The notes beneath the pieces were generated by a model. That model saw only the letters and a list, made by a program, of their open reading frames with translations. It searched no databases and had not been told where the DNA came from. Shown in pieces: positions 48,723 to 57,900 of a stretch of 64,000 bases of DNA. Both the position numbers and the translations under genes were made by a program. Each line of letters starts with the position of its first letter. Position 1 is the stretch's first letter. The stretch comes from an uncultured virus (IMG/VR IMGVR_UViG_3300020325_000015) (lineage: Duplodnaviria > Heunggongvirae > Uroviricota > Caudoviricetes), in the IMG/VR virus record IMGVR_UViG_3300020325_000015. One strand, written 5' to 3'.

Positions 48723-48890
48723 ATGGCAAGAACTAGAAAAAGAACTTGTGATGTAACAGGAGTCACGACGAGTATGAATAATTTTTATACTAATCAATCT
48801 CATGTAAAAGCTGTAGATAATATAAGAAGAACTACTGGAGCTAGTAAAACGCAGCTTAGAAGAATGTTTAATCAAATATCTACATATTAA
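48723..48890 (+). CDS. 55-aa basic protein (MARTRKRTCDVTG...), not in the ORF track
   Basis: fills the gap between exonuclease and SSB genes. Confidence 0.55.
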   Translation: MARTRKRTCDVTGVTTSMNNFYTNQSHVKAVDNIRRTTGASKTQLRRMFNQISTY

Positions 48891-48891
48891 T

Positions 48892-49212
48892 ATGGCAAGT
48901 ATTATATCTGGTAATATAAATTTATCTAAAATAAATAAAGATAAAATTTATGAAGGCAAAAAGGGTAAATACTATCCAGTTACCGTCGTTATAAATAACG
49001 AGGTTGGTGAATATGGTGATTCAGGCTATATAATGACTGAACAAACTAAAGATGAAAGAGATGCAAGTATACCTAAGGAATATTTAGGTAACGTTAAAGT
49101 CATATGGACAGACGGCCAAAATGTTGATACAACTAATAAAAATGTTGCATCACCGGCACCTGCTGCAAATACTTTTGAGTCTAAGTCTAACGAACCAGAT
49201 TTACCATTCTAA
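48892..49212 (+). CDS. single-stranded DNA-binding protein
   Basis: OB-like body and acidic C-terminal tip DLPF. Confidence 0.7.
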   Translation: MASIISGNINLSKINKDKIYEGKKGKYYPVTVVINNEVGEYGDSGYIMTEQTKDERDASIPKEYLGNVKVIWTDGQNVDTTNKNVASPAPAANTFESKSNEPDLPF

Positions 49213-50921
49213 TGAACAAAACCGAGATTAATGGTTTTCAGATTGATACATTCAATCAATATAAATTAGAGGTTGGCAAGCGAGAGGGTATATGCCCTCT
49301 TTGCTCTGCTAATCGTAAACCACAAAATCGTAAAGCTAAATGTGCTATGTACGATTGGGATAGAGGTCTTGGTACATGTATGAATTGTAATGAAGTATTT
49401 CAATTACATACGTTCAAAAGAAAAGGTGGTAACGATAAAGTTTATACTAAGCCTAAAACAATAGCCAATCCACTTTTAAGTAATAAAGTAATTAAGTGGT
49501 TTGAGAGTAGAGGTATATCAAATAATACTTTAGTAAAGATGAAAATTACTGAAGGTAAAGAATGGATGCCTCAAACTGGAAAAGAAGAGAATACAATACA
49601 ATTCAATTACTTTATTAACAATGAATTAATTAACATAAAGTATAGAGATGGTAAGAAAAATTTTAAACTGGTTAAAGGAGCCGAAAAGATCTTCTACAAT
49701 ATTGATTCTACTATTGGTCACGAGTATGTGGTTATTGTGGAAGGAGAGATTGATGCTTTATCTCTTGTTGAGGTGGGCGTCAAATCTGTCATTAGTGTAC
49801 CAAACGGAGCTACAGTTAGCAACAATAACCTTGACTACTTGGACAGCTGCATCGATTATCTCGATGGAAAAGAAAAAATCATTATCGCAGTTGATCAAGA
49901 TGAGGCAGGAGAAAATCTTAAGCAAGAACTTATTCGGAGACTCGGAGCTGAGGCGTGTTATACGGTGGACTTCGGAATTCACAAAGACGCTAATGATTTT
50001 CTGTTACACAACAGCAGCGCTAAGCTCAATGATGTTATTAAAAACGCTAGCCCTGTTCCTATTGAAAACGTAGTAACGTTAAATGATATTGATGATGAGC
50101 TGCAGGAATTTATTCATGAAGGATTCAAACCTGGTTATCAAATTGGTCTTGATAATTTTGATAATATATTTTCAACTTATACAGGTCAGTTTATTACAGT
50201 AACAGGTGTACCAAGTTCAGGTAAATCTGATTTTGTAGATAGAATGATTGTTGGTTATCAACAAAAGTATGGCTGGAAAACAGCATTTGCATCTCCAGAA
50301 AATAAACCTACATTCTTACATGCACATAAGCTAATGCGTAAGATTGGTAATTGGATGCCAAATAAAACTGATATAGGTTCAGATAAATGGAATGAAGTTG
50401 CAAATATTGTAAATGATAATTTCTTTTTCATTGAAAATGAAAGATATGATTTAGATTCTGTATTGAATAAAGGAGCGCAGCTCGTTAAAAGAAAAGGTAT
50501 TAAATGTTTAGTTATAGATCCATATAATAAAATTAAAATGAATGGAGCTGCTAGCATGAGTATACCTGATGCAACTATGGAATATTTAACTCGTATAGAA
50601 GCATTTGCTAAAAAGTTTGATGTACTTGTTATTGTAGTTGCACACCCAACTAAAATGTATAAAAAAGAAGATGGTACAATTGATGAACCAAATATGTACA
50701 ACATTAAAGGTGGCGGTGAATGGTATGATGCTTCATATCATGGCTTACTTGTTCATCGCGATTATAATAAAAAAACCGTCAAAGTTAAGGTGCTTAAAGT
50801 AAAGTTTCAAAACTTAGGTGAAAACCAAGCTGAAGCTCATTTTAAATGGGATCATATTAGTGGAAACTATATACCTGTATTTGATGTATCAAATGATATT
50901 ATGCCATGGGAAGCGGATTAA
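49212..50921 (+). CDS. primase-helicase (T7 gp4/Twinkle-like)
   Basis: Zn finger CPLC...CMNC, TOPRIM EGEIDALS/DQD.AG, Walker A GVPSSGKS, VIDPYN, VAHP. Confidence 0.92.
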   Translation: MNKTEINGFQIDTFNQYKLEVGKREGICPLCSANRKPQNRKAKCAMYDWDRGLGTCMNCNEVFQLHTFKRKGGNDKVYTKPKTIANPLLSNKVIKWFESRGISNNTLVKMKITEGKEWMPQTGKEENTIQFNYFINNELINIKYRDGKKNFKLVKGAEKIFYNIDSTIGHEYVVIVEGEIDALSLVEVGVKSVISVPNGATVSNNNLDYLDSCIDYLDGKEKIIIAVDQDEAGENLKQELIRRLGAEACYTVDFGIHKDANDFLLHNSSAKLNDVIKNASPVPIENVVTLNDIDDELQEFIHEGFKPGYQIGLDNFDNIFSTYTGQFITVTGVPSSGKSDFVDRMIVGYQQKYGWKTAFASPENKPTFLHAHKLMRKIGNWMPNKTDIGSDKWNEVANIVNDNFFFIENERYDLDSVLNKGAQLVKRKGIKCLVIDPYNKIKMNGAASMSIPDATMEYLTRIEAFAKKFDVLVIVVAHPTKMYKKEDGTIDEPNMYNIKGGGEWYDASYHGLLVHRDYNKKTVKVKVLKVKFQNLGENQAEAHFKWDHISGNYIPVFDVSNDIMPWEAD

Positions 50922-51199
50922 CAGGTTCTAAAAAGAAAGATGCATATAAAATGCCACCGCATAATGCATCTAATGAACAAATGAAATGGCAAAAATATTG
51001 TATAGATAATAATATAAGAATATCACCTTATGGTATTAATAATGAACCGGGTAAATGGAAAATAGCAATTGCATTAGGCTCATATAAAAAAGGTGAAAAA
51101 ATATATTATGCGCCAAATGTATATGATAAATATTCTATTTGGTCTGAATATTATGAAATGTGTAAATACTATTATGATAAACATACAAGACGAATATAG
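50906..51199 (+). CDS. hypothetical protein
   Basis: 97 aa. Confidence 0.6.
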   Translation: MGSGLTGSKKKDAYKMPPHNASNEQMKWQKYCIDNNIRISPYGINNEPGKWKIAIALGSYKKGEKIYYAPNVYDKYSIWSEYYEMCKYYYDKHTRRI

Positions 51200-51989
51200 A
51201 AGCTTATTAGCTGGTGTATTATATAACGGTAAAGATAAGGAAGATCGAACAGGTACTGGTACTAGATCAGTATTTGGTAGAATGATAAAACACGATATGG
51301 CCTTAGGCTTTCCACTATTAACAACTAAAAAAATATATTTTAAACATGCAGTTACGGAATTATTATGGATTCTTCAAGGCCGTACTGATATGCATTACTT
51401 GCAGTCAAACGGTGTTAATTACTGGAATCCTGATTATGAAAGATCAGGTAGATCTGATGGTACGCTTGGTCCTGTTTACGGCAAGCAGCTTAGGGACTTC
51501 AATGGCGTTGATCAGCTTAAAAGAATACTCATCCAAATTAAAAACAACCCAAGCTCGCGGCGCATTATGGCAAGCTTATGGAATCCCAACGATTTGGCTG
51601 ATATGGTGTTGCCACCTTGCCACTATGGCTTTCAAGTATATATAAATGATGGCAAACTTAATCTTATGTGGCAGCAACGATCAGTTGATGTATTTCTTGG
51701 TTTACCTTATGATATTGCAATGTACGGTTTATTACTTCAGTTGTTGGCTGAAGGATCTGAATATGCTAAAGGCCAACTTATCGGTTGCTTTGGTGATTGT
51801 CATTTGTATAATAACCATATTGATCAAGCCAAACAACAATTGGATAATGATTTTAGGGAATTGGCTAGGGTTGATTCTTCTTGTGGAATTAGTATTATTA
51901 ATGAAGAAGTAATATTACCTGAAGCAAATATGATTAAATTAATAAACTATAATCCTCATCCACCAATTAAAGCAAAATTAAATACTTAA
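51174..51989 (+). CDS. thymidylate synthase-family enzyme with Asn-to-Asp specificity change, candidate dCMP methylase
   Basis: DRTGTGT, ELLW, GPVYG, SRR, LPPCH, QRSVDVFLGLPYD, HLY; likely start MINIQ at 51174. Confidence 0.85.
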   Translation: MINIQDEYRSLLAGVLYNGKDKEDRTGTGTRSVFGRMIKHDMALGFPLLTTKKIYFKHAVTELLWILQGRTDMHYLQSNGVNYWNPDYERSGRSDGTLGPVYGKQLRDFNGVDQLKRILIQIKNNPSSRRIMASLWNPNDLADMVLPPCHYGFQVYINDGKLNLMWQQRSVDVFLGLPYDIAMYGLLLQLLAEGSEYAKGQLIGCFGDCHLYNNHIDQAKQQLDNDFRELARVDSSCGISIINEEVILPEANMIKLINYNPHPPIKAKLNT

Positions 51990-51991
51990 AT

Positions 51992-52321
51992 ATGAAAAAA
52001 CTATTATTACTATTACTATTACCAATATTTGCATATTCGCAAATGGAACAAATATTATCAAGGCCTATATTTTTACATGATGGCACTGAAGCTACACTAA
52101 TAAGTTCTGATTTACCTTATGGTACTATAATACAAACAGGAGTTATTATAGATAGAATAAATGCACCTGATGATATAAGTGCTATAAATGATTATAACTT
52201 TTATAGAGATGAATCTTATTTTAATTGGAATTCATTATTCAGTAATGAAATTGGTAAAGGTGTAATAAAAACTAGAAGTGGACAATATTATTTAATTAAC
52301 TTATATGGAGACAATTATTAA
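51992..52321 (+). CDS. secreted/periplasmic protein
   Basis: signal peptide MKKLLLLLLLPIFAYS|Q. Confidence 0.6.
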   Translation: MKKLLLLLLLPIFAYSQMEQILSRPIFLHDGTEATLISSDLPYGTIIQTGVIIDRINAPDDISAINDYNFYRDESYFNWNSLFSNEIGKGVIKTRSGQYYLINLYGDNY

Positions 52322-53069
52322 AAGCGGTAAATATAAAATATATCATATACCAGGAGTTAAGATTGGTTGTACAACTAATGTTAAAAAACGTGTTGAAGAA
52401 GAGCAAGGTTATAAACCTGGTGAATACGATATACTGTATGAAACAGATGATATAGTAGAAGCTTCTGAAGCTGAAAGAAATTTGCAAAAAGAACTTAAAT
52501 ATAAACCAGATATTAAATTATATAAAGATTTATTCCGTAAAAAAATGAATAAGCATAGCTCATCACAAGCAACAACAACATTTAAAATATCACCTAATGA
52601 TATTAATGCTGAATACTTAAGAGGTATTACACTAGAATTACCTGAAGGTACATTTGAATTAAATAATGAAGATTATATTGATTGGATATTAACTAATGTA
52701 CATGCAAGCCAGTTTGGGCCCGGTACGTGTTATATTTACAATAAAGCTTTTACTAAAGCATTTAAACCTAATGGCACATCAGCATTTAATAAAATAAGAG
52801 ATTGGGCTAAAGATCGTAACCTTTATCAAAAAGGTGATAGCAAGACTCAATATGTTAAATTAATGGAAGAAGCAGGAGAACTTGCACAAGCATTATTAAA
52901 ACAAGATAAAGCTGAAATAAAAGATGCTATTGGCGATATGGTAATAGTACTTGCTAATCTTTCAGAGCTTGAAGGATTTAAGATTGAGGATTGCATTAAC
53001 GATTCATTCAATGTAATATCAAATAGAACAGGTAAAATGGTTAACGGAACATTCGTAAAAGATGAGTAA
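52305..53069 (+). CDS. fusion of an N-terminal GIY-YIG-like domain and a C-terminal MazG-like NTP pyrophosphatase
   Basis: YKIYHIPGVKIGCT.N..KR...E; KLMEEAGEL...EIKDAIGD. Confidence 0.7.
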   Translation: METIIKSGKYKIYHIPGVKIGCTTNVKKRVEEEQGYKPGEYDILYETDDIVEASEAERNLQKELKYKPDIKLYKDLFRKKMNKHSSSQATTTFKISPNDINAEYLRGITLELPEGTFELNNEDYIDWILTNVHASQFGPGTCYIYNKAFTKAFKPNGTSAFNKIRDWAKDRNLYQKGDSKTQYVKLMEEAGELAQALLKQDKAEIKDAIGDMVIVLANLSELEGFKIEDCINDSFNVISNRTGKMVNGTFVKDE

Positions 53070-53313
53070 AATAAACGATAAAATAATTAATCGCGTAATT
53101 GATAAGATTCAAAAGCGTGCTGAAGCAGGTTATAAAAAGTATGGTGTTGGTTTAGATAAAGACGAACAATCACTTGATACTTGGCTTAATCATTTACAAG
53201 AAGAACTTATGGATGCTGCTAACTATATTGAAAAAATTAGAGCTGTATTAATTGAAGAAGATAAAAAGATAAGTAAATATCCTGAGTCTAGCTGGACACA
53301 GAGCACTACATGA
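53062..53313 (+). CDS. small all-alpha NTP pyrophosphohydrolase-like protein
   Basis: R...G.KKYG...WLNHLQEELMDAANY. Confidence 0.55.
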   Translation: MSKINDKIINRVIDKIQKRAEAGYKKYGVGLDKDEQSLDTWLNHLQEELMDAANYIEKIRAVLIEEDKKISKYPESSWTQSTT

Positions 53314-53762
53314 GAAGAAGTAAAAAGAGAGGCCCTGTACAAGCTAAAAAAATATCTTATGATGGGATTAAGTTTGCATCGGGCCTTGAAAGATATACTT
53401 ACATAGCTTTAAAAAAAAATAAATTGTTTGAAGGATATGAAAGCGAAACATTTGAATTAATAAATTCATTTCAATTTCCTAATACAAGTTATGAAAAGCA
53501 AGCTAATGGTAAAGGAGAATATATAAATAGAGGTACTAAAAAAATATTAGGTATAAAATATACACCTGATTTTATTGGTAAAGATTATATAATAGAATGT
53601 AAAGGAAGACCAAACGAATCTTTTCCTTTGCGCTGGAAATTATTTAAATTATGGCTCACGAAAAACAATATTGGAAAGATACTTTACAAGCCGCAAAATC
53701 AGAAGGAAGTGGATTTGACGATAACATTGATCAAAGAATCGAGAAAAAGAAAGCGCGGTTAA
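53310..53762 (+). CDS. T7 endonuclease I-like Holliday junction resolvase
   Basis: FASGLE, YTPDF, IECKG. Confidence 0.75.
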   Translation: MRRSKKRGPVQAKKISYDGIKFASGLERYTYIALKKNKLFEGYESETFELINSFQFPNTSYEKQANGKGEYINRGTKKILGIKYTPDFIGKDYIIECKGRPNESFPLRWKLFKLWLTKNNIGKILYKPQNQKEVDLTITLIKESRKRKRG

Positions 53763-54206
53763 TGTACACTAAAAGATTATTAGAAAAAGAAATTAAAAAA
53801 TTACTTAAAAATAAAATTATTAAATATGGAGAAATTGTTAGATTGCACAGAAAATACGGCGTTCAGTCTACAGGAACACTATAGCGAAAGAATATCTTTC
53901 CATATGAAAATGTTAAATTATTATTTAAATGAAAATAGCAGGGTGGGAAGTTAGTTTAGGTTTATATCCAGGTATTGTTATAGGTGTAAGAAGCTATCCG
54001 GAAAAAGATTTTATAGAGCATGTATTTTATTTACCACTTATAGAACTATGTATAACAGTGCATTATGAATGAAGAAGCTTTAGAAGCATACGCTAGGAAA
54101 CGGTATCCTAGAATATTTAAAAATAAACCTGTTATTATAACAGAGGAAGAAAATTTTATTACAATTAAATATAACAAGGACTCAAGTCCTATAATACTTA
54201 GTAAAG

Positions 54207-54422
54207 ATGTACAAACAATTATATGAAATGTTATTAAAGTCTGCTGAAGCAGATAAAACAAAAGCATTGCTTAGTTTAGATTTATTAAGCAATAAAGCTG
54301 CAGGTATTGGTGATCATTCAACTGATGATTATTATAAAAACGCAGAGCAAGCATTACAAATGTTAGTTGATGCCGACGATAGAATTAAAACACTAAATAA
54401 ATATTTTAATGAAGGAAGCTAA
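54207..54422 (+). CDS. hypothetical protein (GIGDHS motif)
   Basis: 71 aa. Confidence 0.6.
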   Translation: MYKQLYEMLLKSAEADKTKALLSLDLLSNKAAGIGDHSTDDYYKNAEQALQMLVDADDRIKTLNKYFNEGS

Positions 54423-54615
54423 GCTAATAGAAATGCGCAATAGAATTGAAACCATAGGAGCTGCAATGAATAGAGTTGTACAAGAACTTACTCATTTAAA
54501 AGATTTAAGTATTGGTACAATGGAATTAGTTAAGAAGCTACCTGGTTATGATAAAGCATTAGATGAATTAAAAGAACAATATAAGAAAAAGAAAACAGAT
54601 GAGTCTATTCAATGA
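54409..54615 (+). CDS. hypothetical coiled-coil protein
   Basis: 68 aa. Confidence 0.55.
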   Translation: MKEAKLIEMRNRIETIGAAMNRVVQELTHLKDLSIGTMELVKKLPGYDKALDELKEQYKKKKTDESIQ

Positions 54616-55567
54616 AAGAATACCTTATAAACCTTTTGAATATCCGGAATATTATACAGAAGGTTGGCTTAAACAAGCACAAGCTTTTTGGCTTCACACA
54701 GAGATACCAATGTCAGGTGACGTCAAAGATTGGAATGAAAAACTTACCAAGGCAGAGAAGAACTTGGTTGGAAATATACTTTTGGGATTTGCACAAACGG
54801 AGTGTGCGGTTTCTGATTATTGGACCCAAAAAGTTGTATCGTGGTTTCCTAAACATGAAATCCAACAAATGGCCATGATGTTTGGCTCACAAGAAACAAT
54901 TCACGCAGTAGCATATTCTTATTTAAATGAAACACTCGGACTCGAAAATTTCGAAGCATTCTTACACGAACCCGCCACGGCCCAGCGCTTCGATAATCTT
55001 GTTAGTTACTCTGGTAACGACCCTATTGGGATTGGCAGGTCTCTCGCTGTATTTTCTGCATTTGCAGAAGGCGTTAGTCTCTATTCCGCTTTTGCTGTGC
55101 TATATAGTTTTCAGTTGCGTAATTTGCTCAAAGGCATTGGCCAACAGATGAAATGGAGTGTAAGGGATGAGTCATTACATTCTAAAATGGGATGTCAACT
55201 ATTTAGGCATATGTGCCAAGAAATTAAAGGATTACAAAATGATTGCTATACACACGTTATTAAAGCAGCAAAAACAATGCTTAAAGCAGAGGAAAGATAC
55301 ATTGATAAAATGTTTGAACAAGGAGACATTGAAAACCTCAGTGCATACGACCTTAAACAATTTATCAGAAAACGTCTCAACGAAAAAATTGTTGAACTCG
55401 GTTACTCAAACAGTGGGGCCTACTTTGAATACGACAAAGTTGCAGCGAGCAATCTTGACTGGTTCTACCATCTTACCGGGGGGCACACTCATACTGATTT
55501 CTTTGCTGTTCGTCCGACTGATTACTCAAAAGCTAACGAAGGAGAAGATTTTGAAGATATTTGGTAG
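54599..55567 (+). CDS. nrdB: ribonucleotide reductase class I beta subunit
   Basis: ETIHAVAY, EGVSL, RDESLH di-metal ligands; DFF..RPTDYSK. Confidence 0.93.
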   Translation: MSLFNERIPYKPFEYPEYYTEGWLKQAQAFWLHTEIPMSGDVKDWNEKLTKAEKNLVGNILLGFAQTECAVSDYWTQKVVSWFPKHEIQQMAMMFGSQETIHAVAYSYLNETLGLENFEAFLHEPATAQRFDNLVSYSGNDPIGIGRSLAVFSAFAEGVSLYSAFAVLYSFQLRNLLKGIGQQMKWSVRDESLHSKMGCQLFRHMCQEIKGLQNDCYTHVIKAAKTMLKAEERYIDKMFEQGDIENLSAYDLKQFIRKRLNEKIVELGYSNSGAYFEYDKVAASNLDWFYHLTGGHTHTDFFAVRPTDYSKANEGEDFEDIW

Positions 55568-55924
55568 ATGAGAGTTTGTAATGTTTGTAAGAAAAAGAAA
55601 AAAGATCATAAATTTAAACACGCAGGTAAGAAAACTTGTATACGATGTGAGTTTAGGTGGAAACGATCTTTTATGCGTTTATTAGTTCAAGATAGAAGGC
55701 TTACAGCAAAAGAAAGAATTGCAAATAGATTAGGTTATATGGGTACGGCATTTATTATGATGTCACCATATTTACTAGCATACGAAGGTATAGGTGTTAT
55801 AACTTATATTATAGGTGGAATATTATCTATACCTCAAGTATGGGTTGCGAAACAATGGAACTTAGTATTAGTTAATTTAAATGTATCAATAGGATATTTA
55901 ATATATTATTTAAATGTGGAATAA
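55568..55924 (+). CDS. CxxC-CxxC zinc ribbon fused to a 3-TM PQ-motif membrane domain
   Basis: CNVC...CIRC; GYMGTAF..., SIPQVW..KQWNL. Confidence 0.55.
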   Translation: MRVCNVCKKKKKDHKFKHAGKKTCIRCEFRWKRSFMRLLVQDRRLTAKERIANRLGYMGTAFIMMSPYLLAYEGIGVITYIIGGILSIPQVWVAKQWNLVLVNLNVSIGYLIYYLNVE

Positions 55925-57659
55925 CAATTGGGTTAAAGGTAAAGATTATCCTTCATGGGGTGATAATGATGTTTACAAAAAAACTATATCAGGTGGTTAC
56001 CTTATAAATGGCGAATCACCTCGTGATGCTTACACACGTGTTGCTAAAACTGTAGCAAAACGTTTATATAAACCAGAACTTGCAGATAAATTTTTTGATT
56101 ATATATGGAAAGGATGGTTATGTTTAGCTTCTCCTGTACTTTCTAATACAGGTGCAGACAGAGGTTTACCTATAAGTTGTTTTGGAATAGATGTTGCAGA
56201 TAGTATACAGGATATAGGTAATAAAAATTTAGAAATGATGTTACTTGCAAAACACGGTGGGGGTGTAGGTATCGGAGTTAATATGATTCGTCCTGCCGGT
56301 GCTAAAATTACAGGTAATGGAACTTCAGACGGCGTTGTCCCTTTTTGCAAAATATATGATTCCACTATACTCGCGACCAATCAAGGTTCCGTTAGAAGAG
56401 GAGCTGCAAGTGTTAATATCAATATTGAACACGACGATTTTGAAGAGTGGCTTGAAATTAGAGAACCTAAAGGAGATGTCAATAGACAATCACTTAACTT
56501 GCACCAGTGTGCTGTCGTTGGCGATAAGTTTATGCGAAAGCTTGAACTCGGAGATCCCGAAGCAAGAAAAAGATGGTCAAAGCTTATACAAAAACGTAAA
56601 GCAACTGGAGAACCTTATATCTTATTTAAAGGAAATACAAACAAAGCTAATCCAGAAGCATATAAGAAAAACAGTTTAAAAGTTCATATGACTAATATAT
56701 GCAGTGAAATAGTATTGCATACAGATGAATCACATAGTTTTGTATGTTGCTTATCTTCTGTTAACTTAGATAAATATGATGAATGGAAAAATACAAACCT
56801 TATATATGATTCTACATGGTTTTTAGATGGAGTTCTTGAGGAGTTTATTCAGAAAGCTAAAAACATGAAGGGATTTGAAAATGCAGTAAGATCTGCTGAG
56901 AAAGGAAGAGCTTTAGGTTTAGGTGTACTTGGATGGCATAGCTTATTGCAAAAAAGAGGTATTGCTTATGAAAGTTTATTAGCACAGTTTAAAACACGTG
57001 AAATATTTTCAAAAATAAAAATTGAAACTGAACGTGCATCAAGAGCACTTGCTGAAATATATGGTGAGCCGCTTTGGTGTGTTGGCACAGGATTTAGAAA
57101 TACACATCTTCGCGCTATAGCACCAACTGTAAGTAATTCTAAATTAGCAGGTAATGTGTCACCGGGTATTGAACCTTGGGCTGCAAATGTATTTACAGAA
57201 CAATCTGCTAAAGGCACATTTATTAGAAAAAATAACGAACTTAAAAAAGTATTAAGAAAAATTGGGATTGATAACAAAGATACATGGGATAAGATACTTG
57301 CCGATGGTGGATCTGTTCAAGCAATCGATGCACTTAACGGATGGTTTTTTGACGAAAGATCAAGGCTTACTGAATTACCAGGAGGAGAGCCGGTTAAAAA
57401 CGTGTTCAAAACATTTAAAGAAATAAATCAACTAGAGTTAGTTAGACAAGCAGGTATAAGACAAGATTATATTGATCAATCAGTATCACTTAATCTTGCC
57501 TTTCCTTCTGAAGCTACCCCTCGTTGGATAAATCAAGTACATATGGAGGCGTGGAAGCACGGTATAAAAACCTTGTATTATATGCGTACTGAGTCTGTAC
57601 TGAGAGGTGACATAGCCGCAGCAGCTATGGATCCTAATTGTTTAAGCTGCGATGGTTAA
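55914..57659 (+). CDS. nrdA: ribonucleotide reductase class I alpha subunit (compact, no ATP cone)
   Basis: PISCF, NICSEI, APTVSNS, KTLYYMR, C-terminal CLSC. Confidence 0.95.
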   Translation: MWNNNWVKGKDYPSWGDNDVYKKTISGGYLINGESPRDAYTRVAKTVAKRLYKPELADKFFDYIWKGWLCLASPVLSNTGADRGLPISCFGIDVADSIQDIGNKNLEMMLLAKHGGGVGIGVNMIRPAGAKITGNGTSDGVVPFCKIYDSTILATNQGSVRRGAASVNINIEHDDFEEWLEIREPKGDVNRQSLNLHQCAVVGDKFMRKLELGDPEARKRWSKLIQKRKATGEPYILFKGNTNKANPEAYKKNSLKVHMTNICSEIVLHTDESHSFVCCLSSVNLDKYDEWKNTNLIYDSTWFLDGVLEEFIQKAKNMKGFENAVRSAEKGRALGLGVLGWHSLLQKRGIAYESLLAQFKTREIFSKIKIETERASRALAEIYGEPLWCVGTGFRNTHLRAIAPTVSNSKLAGNVSPGIEPWAANVFTEQSAKGTFIRKNNELKKVLRKIGIDNKDTWDKILADGGSVQAIDALNGWFFDERSRLTELPGGEPVKNVFKTFKEINQLELVRQAGIRQDYIDQSVSLNLAFPSEATPRWINQVHMEAWKHGIKTLYYMRTESVLRGDIAAAAMDPNCLSCDG

Positions 57660-57673
57660 TATAAATTAATAAT

Positions 57674-57865
57674 ATGGGAAAAAGATTCACATTTGCGGAT
57701 GCAAAAGCAAAAATAAAAGAATTAGAAGATAAAATTGAATCCTTAAATTTAGATACAGGAGACAATATTTATTCTTCTTCAGAAAATAAAATAATAAAAC
57801 TATACAAAGTATGGGCATTACTTGGCCCGGTGTTTGGTTTTATTGTTGGACTGTTATTCTTTTAA
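57674..57865 (+). CDS. small coiled-coil protein with C-terminal TM anchor
   Basis: 63 aa. Confidence 0.55.
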   Translation: MGKRFTFADAKAKIKELEDKIESLNLDTGDNIYSSSENKIIKLYKVWALLGPVFGFIVGLLFF

Positions 57866-57900
57866 AAATAAAGGGGCTGTTAAAGGCCCCTTTTTTTATT
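57864..57900. terminator. bidirectional rho-independent terminator where the two arms converge
   Basis: AAAGGGGC-loop-GCCCCTTT flanked by A and T tracts. Confidence 0.8.

Noticed and set aside
15866..57659. Introns or inteins in terL, primase-helicase, TS or RNR
   Set aside because: All are uninterrupted and of compact length, with no intein or homing-endonuclease inserts seen.
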